Shown here: positions 54,518 to 64,000 of the stretch, piece by piece
How positions within the stretch are numbered: the stretch's first letter is position 1
How the letters are laid out: each line of letters opens with the position of its first letter
NCBI GenBank assembly: GCA_946965045.2
Contig: OX337230.1
Location: 1,736,001-1,800,000 of the forward strand
Direction: 5' to 3'
DNA from: Epithemia pelagica
Lineage: Eukaryota; Protista; Bacillariophyta
DNA length: 64,000 bases
Notes under the pieces: model-generated
The model's database searches: none
Told to the model about the DNA's origin: nothing
Seen by the model: the letters and a program-made list of their open reading frames with translations, nothing else
Position numbers and translations under genes: made by a program

Positions 54518-57500
54518 TGGAGTGTGCCCTGTGCATCCGCTGCCGAAGCAGTAAAAATTGATAAAACGAATCTTATTGTTCAATCGAATGCACACGTAGG
54601 CACCCATTATAGTTATTCTAAACGTTTCGCACATCGTCTATGTGCTATGAACACCGACGAATATGGTGTTGAGACCATTGAGCTCACCTGTGAGTTGGAC
54701 TCACATGCGGACACCTGTGCCGTGGGAAGAGACTTCGTAATGCTCTCCGAAGCCCACCGCTATATCAGTGTGCATCCGTTCGCGGAGGAATACAACCCGC
54801 TGACCAATGTCCCTATTGCGACTGTTGCTACTGTCTGGACTGACAGCGAAAACCAGTCTTACTTGCTTGTTATCCACCAAGCATTGTTTTTAGGGGACCG
54901 TATGGGCAGTTCGTTACTCTGTCCGAACCAGATGCGTGCCCATGGCATCGTTGTCAACGACGTACCTAAACAGTTTGACCCGCACAGCACGCATAGTATC
55001 CACGTACCGGAAGCCGATCTCACTATCCCGCTCACCATGGCTGGTGTGATAAGTGGTTTCGCCACTCGCAAACCCACTTCTGACGAGTTGGAACACTTGC
55101 CACAAGTTGTGCTAACTGCCGATAGCCCATGGCAACCTCGTTCTACCGCCTTTGCGGACGCGGAGGAGAAACTGGGTGTAGCTGCCGCTACTGTCGTTCG
55201 CAATGGCGATCCGAATTCGATTGCCGCATCCTCCATTCCACGACTCATCAAAGCAGTGCGAACGTACCAGCATGCTTTTGCCAATCCATCACCCGATCTG
55301 GACGCCGACGCACAAGGCGACGACCTATACGAACGCTTGATAGCGACGGTCACTGTTCATCCAGAGAAGGAGGAGCCTGATGTAGTCCCGGAGGACAAAC
55401 GTGAACGTCGGCTGTACATGATCAAGACTGCTAACGAGTCTTCCCCAGCCGATCCTGCTGGAAAGGGAGTGCTTGACGCAGCTGTACTGTCACAACGTTG
55501 GGGCATTGGTTTACCCAAAGCAAAGAATACGCTTAAAGTGACGACGCAGGCTGGAGTACGAAACGTATTAATCCCATCTGAGCGTAAGGTCCGTAAGAAG
55601 GCACCGTGGCTCAAATTCCCCAATGTGAAAGGCCGTTGGTTCTCGGACGAGATGTTTGCCAAGGAAGTTTCCAGTGCGAACGTACCAGCATGCTTTTGCC
55701 AATCCATCACCCGATCTGGACGCCGACGCACAAGGCGACGACCTATACGAACGCTTGATAGCGACGGTCACTGTTCATCCAGAGAAGGAGGAGCCTGATG
55801 TAGTCCCGGAGGACAAACGTGAACGTCGGCTGTACATGATCAAGACTGCTAACGAGTCTTCCCCAGCCGATCCTGCTGGAAAGGGAGTGCTTGACGCAGC
55901 TGTACTGTCACAACGTTGGGGCATTGGTTTACCCAAAGCAAAGAATACGCTTAAAGTGACGACGCAGGCTGGAGTACGAAAGGTATTAATCCCATCTGAG
56001 CGTAAGGTCCGTAAGAAGGCACCGTGGCTCAAATTCCCCAATGTGAAAGGCCGTTGGTTCTCGGACGAGATGTTTGCCAAGGAAGTTTCACTGAACGGGG
56101 ACACGGGCGCCTCGATCTTTACAGACGGTAAAGGATTCGACCACGTTTATCCCTGGAAGTCGAAAAAGCAACATCCTGAAGGATTGATGTCTCTGATTCA
56201 CAATGTTGGGATTCCCCAAACAATGGTATCTGATGGTGCCCGAGAATTGTTCCTAGGGAAGTCCCGTGAAATATGCAACGAGTACCGCATAAAGATGGAG
56301 AAAACGGTTCCTTATAGTCCATGGCAGAACGCCGCCGAAGCGAGCATTCGTGAACTAAAGAAGGGAGTTGTCAAGATTATGAGGACGACCGGCGCACCAC
56401 GACGTTTATGGAGCTATGCTCTTAAATGGTGCTCACACGTACGGCAACTCACGGCATCCGATATCCCTGAATTAGATGGATGTACACCGTTCGAGCATGT
56501 AATTGGCTCAACGCCAGACATCTCTCCATTAGCCATGTTCCAATTCTATCAGCCGGTGTATTATCGCATGCCCATGGCACAGTTTCCCTTCGAAAAAAGA
56601 CTGATTGGCCGATGGTTGGGTTTAGCCGATGATTGCACCGATGATATGGCCTATGAAATCCTAACGCAAGAGGGCAATCATGTCACACGGAAAGATGTGT
56701 GGGCCATTCCGGAAGACGACCTGAAGAATCCGACGATTCATCAGCAGTTGTTGGACTATGATGCCGCTATTCAAACGCAAATGAAAGAGCCGCCATCTGA
56801 TGGCACAACTGGGAGCGATCCACCCCCAGACCTCTTTGACGAAGGTGAACTTCTAGAGCCCTTGTTCCCAGAGGCCGAAGCCCTGGAATCCGACGCGTAC
56901 ACGCCGGAGGAACTAGACGAATATCTCACCGCTGAAGTCATGCTGCCGCGAGGAGGTGAAAGCGCTCGAGCGAAAATCATTGGACGCACGAAAGATGCTC
57001 ATGGGCGACCTATTGGTGAGCGCGACGCCAACCCAATCCTTGATACCCGGTACTACGATGTACAGTTTCCGGATGGATCGGTCGAGTCGTATGCAACCAA
57101 TATGATCGCAGAGAATCTGTATTCGCAAGTTGACCCGGAGGGTAATGCGTTCAACACATTGAAAGCCATTGTGGGGCACCGCAGTGATGAGACCGCAGTT
57201 AAGCGAACAGACGCATCGTTCCTTGACGGCACATCACACCACACAACGAAAGGCTGGGAATTGCAATGTGAACTGTCCGATCAATCGACTGTTTGGCTGC
57301 CGCTCAAAGACGTCAAGAATGGAAATATGATTGAAGCCGCCGAATACGCAGTATCCACTGGCATCGCAAAAGAGCCTGCTTTCGCATGGTGGGTCCCACG
57401 TGCACTTCGCAAACGAGACCGTATTATCAAAAAGGTAAAGTCACGTTATTGGAAGCGAACGCACAAGTATGGCATTGAGTTGCCCCACTCTGTGGAAGAA

Positions 57501-59171
57501 GCCCTGGCAATTGACCGCCGAACGGGGACTGACTTCTGGCGTAAGGCTATTGAGAAAGAAATGAAGAACGTTGGCATTGCTTTCGAATTTCCAGCTGATG
57601 GCGAAGTGCCTTCTGGATACAAGCATATCCCCTGTCATATGGTTTTTGACATCAAATCAGACCTGCGACGAAAAGCACGGTTAGTGGCCGGAGGCCACAA
57701 AACTGATCCACCCAAAGAATCGACCTATTCTAGTGTGGTATCACGCGATAGCGTACGCATTGCTTTTACTATCGCTGCACTAAATGGTCTCGATGTTCTC
57801 GTCGGGGACGTGCAAAACGCATATCTCAACGCACCGACTAAAGAGAAGACCTATACCACCGCGGGACTCGAATTTGGACCAGATAAGGTTGGACAACCTG
57901 CACTGATAGTGCGCGCATTATATGGTCTCAAAAGTTCTGCCGCAAGGTGGCGTGATCACATCGCCGCAACGCTCCGCGACATGGGATTTAAGATGTGTCA
58001 AGCTGATCCGGACGTATGGCTTCGAGCGAACACTCGACCATCTGATGGGTTCCAGTATTACGAGTATGTTTTGGTCTATATTGATGATCTGCTGATTGTT
58101 AGTCATGATCCCAAAACCGTGATGCAGGACCTGCAGAGGCGCTATACGATCAAGCCCGACAGTATCAAACCACCAGACGAATACTTGGGATCCGAAATAC
58201 GGCGTTATACCATACCCGACACGCAAGATCCGTCGAACCGTGATCGTTGGGCCATGTCCGCTGACAAGTATTGTAAGCGTGCTCTTGCCGAAGTCGAAAC
58301 GGAACTGGAGAAATCCGGAGAAAAGCTGAAGTCAAAAGTGACGACGCCGATCGCCGATGGATATCGCCCGGAATTAGATGCGACTCCTGAACTCGACGCA
58401 AGACGTGCGAACTACTACCAAGGACTGATCGGTATTCTCCGTTGGATTGTTGAACTCGGTCGTATCGACATTACAACCGCAGTCTCTCATATGTCCCGTT
58501 TTATGGCGAATCCACGAGAAGGACATCTCGAGCAGACGTTGCACATCTTCGCGTATCTGAAGAAGTACGATAGATCCGCCATTGTGTTCGACGACACAAC
58601 CCCAGACTTCGACGAGTCACGTTTTACCAGACCGGATTGGTCTGAGTATTATCCTGATGCTGCCGAGCCGATTCCGCCAAACGCACCAGCACCGCGTGGA
58701 AACGCTGTCACCACGACTTGCTTTGTCGATGCTGATCATGCTGGATGCCGTGTCACACGGCGCTCTCAAACAGGAGTCCTACTGTTCTTGCAACGAGCAC
58801 CGATCATGTGGTATTCAAAACGACAAAACACTGTTGAGACGTCTACATTTGGCAGTGAGTTCGTGGCGATAAAGACTGCCATTGAAATGATCGAAGCATT
58901 TCGTTATAAGTTGCGAATGATGGGTATCCCGTTGGATGGAGAGACGAATGTGTTCTGCGACAATGAATCTGTGTTTAAGAACTCGACGCAGCCGGAATCA
59001 GTCCTAAAGAAGAAGCACAACGCAATTGCTTATCATCGGACTCGTGAAGCGCAAGCTGCTGGACTTGTGCGCATTGCATGGGAAGAAGGTGAAACGAATC
59101 TTGCCGATATCCTAACCAAACTGCTACCCGGACCTCGATTGCGATTCCTGGCCCAACGTATCATGTGGTAG
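54518..59171 (+). pseudogene. pol: Copia pol (PR, IN, chromo-like, RT, RNase H) frameshifted by a 418-bp tandem duplication
   Basis: ELDSHADT; IN FSDEMF / VSDGA / QNAAE; RT DVQNAYL, RALYGLK, YIDD; RNase H DADHAG, STFGSE, CDN, ADILTK. The 5' frame stops at 55798 inside the second copy of the duplication. Confidence 0.9.
55254..56089 (+). repeat. 418-bp direct tandem duplication in pol (55254-55671 / 55672-56089)
   Basis: The copies match except one substitution noticed (GAAACGTA versus GAAAGGTA); 418 is not a multiple of 3. Confidence 0.93.
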
Positions 59172-59284
59172 CACCCCTTTTAGATCCAAAATGGGATCGC
59201 CCCTTTTGAAGAATAGTCCGACGTACTGGACCGGCCTCTGCTGACATGACGAACTAAACGAAGTTGCCCACCCCGATTTTGTTC

Positions 59285-59292
59285 GCGGGGAC
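59285..59292 (+). promoter_or_regulatory. Short polypurine tract
   Basis: GCGGGGAC directly precedes the 3' LTR. Confidence 0.55.
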
Positions 59293-59522
59293 TGAATAAA
59301 TAATCACGGGCGCCCCCTTTGTAACCTACGAAGGGCCTCGCTACGCACCGCCTGGCATCGCCCGGCCCCTAGCTATGTGTTCGCTAGTGGGTACCGTGGT
59401 CGCTATTTGGCCCCTACGTGAGCGATTTGCCCCCAAAGGGCACCCCTAGTTTAGTCATCATAATTTCTGATAGTTTGATTGTTGCAAGCCGTATATTGCG
59501 TCTGTCCGTCAGTTTTTATTCA
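59293..59522 (+). repeat. 3' LTR (230 bp)
   Basis: Identical to 51717-51946. Confidence 0.97.
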
Positions 59523-59695
59523 CTTCTTTCGGTCGCGCATTATTTAAGTGACAGTGCAAGATCAAAAGGGGTTGACATATTTTTACCTTGAACCTCTCGA
59601 CCACATAATATGAGTAGTCTCTATTATTGAACGAAGAATGAGCATGGATATACTTATCTCACCGATTCGTCGAATGTGTCTCTTGTAACAATCGA

Positions 59696-62687
59696 ATGGA
59701 ACAATTGAAGACGTACTCCATGTATGCCATGGCCTGCAGCACCTTCGCTAAGGTGCATCTCTTGATCCTTTCTCTTTGGCCAATCAACTGTTGCCAGTTA
59801 TTCCTGTTTCTTTCGTTGTCGGTACATTCTCTGCGGACTGTGCAGTCGCAAGATTTGGAAGATGCACTCGACGCTACAGGGACTCTACCTCGTCCAGTGG
59901 TGGTCAACTTGCCTGATTTGGGTCGTATCCAAGGCATTCGGGAAGCAGGTCTCGACTTTTTTGGTCGCTTGCCCTATGCAGCCCCTCCTGTTGGCACACG
60001 TCGATGGGCTCCGCCCGAGCCAGGTGCTCCCTGGGCTCCAGCCAAACTGGATGCCACTCAATACGGGCCTGACTGTTGGCAACTTGTGGATCCCCTCATG
60101 AATCCAGGAGCCGACGCCAATCAAATGTCCGAAGATTGTCTCTTTTTGAACATTCATGTACCTTCCGATCGACAAAGACGGTCCTTGTTGCCAGTCATGG
60201 TTTGGCTACATGGAGGGGCTTTTCAACAGGGCGGGGCTCGGAGAGACGAATACGATGGACGGCGCTTGGCTGAACGTGGGACTGTGGTGGTCACGCTCAA
60301 CTATCGACTCGGAGCATTGGGATTCTTGGTGAGTAGTGAAGATGGTTTATTCGGAAACTTTGGCTTGATGGATCAACGAGCAGCCCTGCATTGGATACAA
60401 GATAACATTGTTCACTTTGGCGGTGACCCAAACAACGTAATGCTTTTTGGAGAATCGGCCGGTGCCGTCATGACACTCTTGCATCTTATGATGGAAGGGG
60501 CTGGGAAGCTTTTTCACAAAGTTGCCATTCAAAGTAATCCAACGGCATTGCAGTTTCGAAGTATTGTAGTAGCTGATTTCTTGGGCCAGGCGCTGAAAGC
60601 GGCCGTGGATTGCCGTGATCTGGCGTGCCTTCGCGGAGAGCGAGTGGAAGAAATCATGCGTGCACAAAGTTCTCTGATGGGCGTCCCTCGCAGTGTGGGA
60701 GATTTGTAAGTTTATGCGAAAATCATTAGATGACCTCTGAATAACTCACACTAATATTTCGGAATGGATCGTTTCTCGTATTCCGGACAACAGCTTCACG
60801 TGGGGTCCTACGTTGACGGACGAACTCAAACTGATTCTGGGCGGAACAGGGAACAAGGCATCAAACTCGCGTTTTTCTCCGCTCAGTCGGGAACACGTGA
60901 TGTTCCGTGACCTAGACTCATGGAAATGGCAGTCGCGACGAGACGATGCATGGTCAAGAGTGAATGTCACCCAGCCTCTGAAAGATTTTACTCTCATTCC
61001 AGACGATATTCCCATCATTATTGGCAGCAACAAACACGAAGGAGAGATGTTTGTACACAGCGCATTTCCATTAACAATGTCAAAGGCTGTGTATTGGATG
61101 TTTGCGGGGGCATTGTTTCGGGAAAGTGCATCCGCTGTTCTGAAACATTATCGTGGTCACGTGGACCAAATCGAGCAAGAAGCTGAAGAGCTGGCTCGAA
61201 TGCAGATTGAAGAAGAGGAGAATCGGCAGTACTATTTCGAACATCGAGAAGACCTCGACCGGGAGTATCAGACACTACTGTCCATGAACTCCAACAAAGG
61301 TTCAACGCATTCGCTCTTCCCCGGATCGACTCGCGGAGGCGCTGATAGCAACCATAACGAGGTTCATGAACGATATGCGAGCAATTCGAGCACGGTGGAA
61401 GCACGTTACGGCGTTGACCCGTCTTGGATCGATCGTTTGTTGTGGTTCAAACACAATATAACAACTGAAGAGAAACTGGCAAGAAAGATCTATAGGCAGC
61501 GCATGATGGATCAGCGAGCTAGAATGAAGGAAATCAGACGAAAAGAACAGGCGAAAGCAAAAGCTTTGAAGAAAGCTGCGAGAGTAGTGGTGGACTATCG
61601 GCCAGTTATGAGCAGGATCATTGACGACTACCTGTTTCGTTGTCCAGCCTGGCACTTAGCGCACTCTATTAGTCGACAAAGGGTTGAACGGGGAAATCCG
61701 AACAACGTCTATGTGTACCAATTCAGCCACTCGACCCACATTCCAGGATTTAAGGAATGCTGGGGAAAGAGCTGTCACACTGCTGAAATCCCGTACGTAT
61801 TTGAGGCCATGGAAATAATCAAGAGCAATTATTCAACGTTAGGTCCCTACGCCCAACAGGAAGCCCCGACGTCTCCAGAATATCCGTACACTGAAATGCT
61901 TGCCGCTTATCGTGGAGCCATGGAGGCTGCTGATCGCGTAGAGGAGGAGCCCCAACCTGGTGAAGCTGGCAATGCTACAAAATTCAGCAGTCGCTTTCAG
62001 CATCTTCTTAATCATTTATTTGGCGATTACTTCAAAGAAAATGCAGATGACGAAATCGCTCGAGATATGGCAGATCGCTGGGTCGCCTTCTCGCACACGG
62101 GTGACCCAAACTATGAAGGCTCTAAGGCAAAATGGCATCCATGGAGATATATCATGGATGACGCCTATACCCGAGACGATCGCTATCGTCCTTGGCAAAC
62201 GCAGGACTTTGATCGAATATTTGACCTTCAGGTTCCACAGGACGTGGACGAGCCCGATGATGAGAACGTTTTCGTTTGGTCCGATAACCCGGACGAACAA
62301 ATTTATCGTAGACGTGCGCTAAATGCAATGGGAATGGAAGTAGTTGAGGAAGATGTATTCCGTACAATTCTTCGGAGAAAATCAAGGGACGATGACTCAG
62401 AGCCTTTCTACGATTCTTTTCCTTTTGGAAGTACAGCTCGCCACAAGGAGGCCGCTGGGCAGAAGGAAAGAGCAAGGCGTGCTGTTGTCCAGCTTCAACA
62501 AATCGCACAAGATATGGGAGTGATTGGAACTGGACTACGTGGAGAACCAAAGAGAAACTCGAATACAGACACGTGGGAAGAAAATTTCTTTCCCGAGATG
62601 TTGGAGCTTAAATGGCCTCCAGAAGGTCGCCTTGTCGAGCGCGACTGCACGTGTGATTTCTGGGACAGGATAAGGTATCGCTACTGA
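59696..62687 (+). CDS. Type-B carboxylesterase/lipase; join(59696..60705,60794..62687)
   Basis: SEDCLFLNI, WLHGGAF, NYRLGALGF, GNFGLMDQ, FGESAG (Ser), GSNKHEG (Glu), CHTAEIPYVF (His); GT-AG intron 60706-60793; hydrophobic N-terminus. Start codon uncertain. Confidence 0.9.
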
Positions 62688-62951
62688 TTGGTTATTTAGA
62701 CGAAAGACAGGTACCATTTCTAGCCGTCAAGAAGATTTGGGACACTCAGAATGGGAAACCGAGTGCTTAATTCAGGATATGAACCACCTGGATTGAACAC
62801 CACCTCCTGGACCAGATTGAAAAGTCTTGGTTCTAATCATTGCGAGCAAAGAAAACTTAGTAAGGGTTGACCACAACGGACTGGAAAGAAAATGTAGCGG
62901 TGGAGATTCGGGCTCTTGCTCCGTACTAATATTCCACAACATGATATTATT

Positions 62952-63992
62952 TTAGGCTTCTGATACGGTAGGAAACAGGCTTTCGTACTGAAGGCGCTCG
63001 TCAAGGTATACGCCAACAGTGCCGATTTCAGGATTCGACTTACGTAGGTTGACGCTCTTTGTCTTCAGACGAAATCTCTTGGAGAGCTCATCCAAACTTT
63101 TCTGAGCTGCATGTGAAGGCAATTCCATGACAGTTACAATCTCACCCAATCTACGAAAGAGAAATTCGAAATCGCACAAAGCAACCAAATGCTCGTCTTC
63201 GGGGCACAGCTTCCACAACTCAAACTCCCTGCTATACTGGGCGTAGGTTTCAACGAGTTTCCACCCTCCCTGTCTTTCAATCTCTTCTTGGACTTTGGCT
63301 GATGACAAAAGACCACACAAAAAGTCAGTGGCTCTCTTGGCTGAAACGATATTGGCGGCCTCGTCAATGTCAGCAAAAACTTGCTTTACTTCTTCGTTGC
63401 TGAGTGCTCTAGGACCGCCATTCTTGAGAATACTGTGTTGCGATGCCGGTTTCTGGCAAAATGAAGTCGGAATAATTGATCCATCAAATTTGGTGGCCAG
63501 GAGTTGGTCGAGCCCGAAGTATTTACACAGAAAGTCCAGTGCACCAACAAACAAAGACTGTAGTCGATCTTCAGTGATTTCCTTGGCCTTCTTTGTTATT
63601 GGAGTCATAATAATCTGGTTATGAACCTGGGAATGTCGTTTTGACCAATTCATGTAGTCTTTGTCTTCTGGTGAAAGACGGGGTGGAGCAGGAAGAAGCA
63701 AAACACGGAGATGATATCGTAATGCCTGCCCAACAAATTCTGCTAGTCGTTTCTCAATAAACGATGGGGATTCATTGCCATCGAATCGACTTAGCAGTGC
63801 TCTGATTTCGTTACTGTACATGCTCACTGCCTTCCCGACACGCCTTAACGGATGATCTATTGAAACAGACGCAGCGCATGACTCGAGCCACGTGGCCGAC
63901 GGGGATGCAAGAAAATCATAAAGCTCCGAAAGAGATTCGCGTATCCGTATCCTTTCTTTCTCATCGTTGCGAAGGTAAAGAAGTCGATCCAT
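62952..63992 (-). CDS. Hypothetical protein (may continue upstream beyond the window)
   Basis: 346-aa ORF of helical, globular composition; no family recognised. Confidence 0.6.
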   Translation of the reverse strand: MDRLLYLRNDEKERIRIRESLSELYDFLASPSATWLESCAASVSIDHPLRRVGKAVSMYSNEIRALLSRFDGNESPSFIEKRLAEFVGQALRYHLRVLLLPAPPRLSPEDKDYMNWSKRHSQVHNQIIMTPITKKAKEITEDRLQSLFVGALDFLCKYFGLDQLLATKFDGSIIPTSFCQKPASQHSILKNGGPRALSNEEVKQVFADIDEAANIVSAKRATDFLCGLLSSAKVQEEIERQGGWKLVETYAQYSREFELWKLCPEDEHLVALCDFEFLFRRLGEIVTVMELPSHAAQKSLDELSKRFRLKTKSVNLRKSNPEIGTVGVYLDERLQYESLFPTVSEA

Positions 63993-64000
63993 TTCAATTT

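Larger units (their letters stand above)
51717..59522 (+). mobile_element. Ty1/Copia LTR retrotransposon, CoDi (diatom) type, 7806 bp
   Basis: Identical 230-bp LTRs, PR-IN-RT-RH order, DSHAD protease motif, and CTTC direct repeat at 51713-51716 and 59523-59526. Confidence 0.97.

Overview
Gene-dense eukaryotic nuclear DNA, very probably from a diatom (short GT-AG introns, bipartite plastid-targeting peptides, a CoDi-type Copia and an Ambal-like LINE). Host genes occupy about 1-9.2 kb, 36.8-51.6 kb and 59.7-64 kb: a secretory-type kinase, a plastid protein, an FG-GAP propeller protein, V-ATPase G, dUTPase, a TMEM65-GAF fusion, a TPX2-like repeat protein, a nucleotidyltransferase, EDRF1, an ODC-like protein and a carboxylesterase. 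A 27-kb transposon island (about 9.3-36.6 kb) holds a MITE-like inverted repeat, an intact 1124-aa DDE transposase-like ORF, a full-length recent 8.8-kb LINE with a 19-bp TSD, and a decayed Helitron2/Helentron-type element. This Helitron is the best candidate for an undescribed system. Its RepHel gene is flanked by two outward-pointing paralogous genes that each look like tandem ubiquitin-like domains, there is a third ubiquitin-like gene, and a 36-bp motif is shared in inverted orientation near both ends. A 7.8-kb Copia with identical 230-bp LTRs sits in a small bidirectional promoter. It has a 4-bp TSD, a non-canonical PBS resembling a half tRNA-Ile(GAU), an in-frame gag/pol stop and a frameshifting 418-bp internal duplication. 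All family assignments come from motif recognition by eye and need HMM or structure searches.
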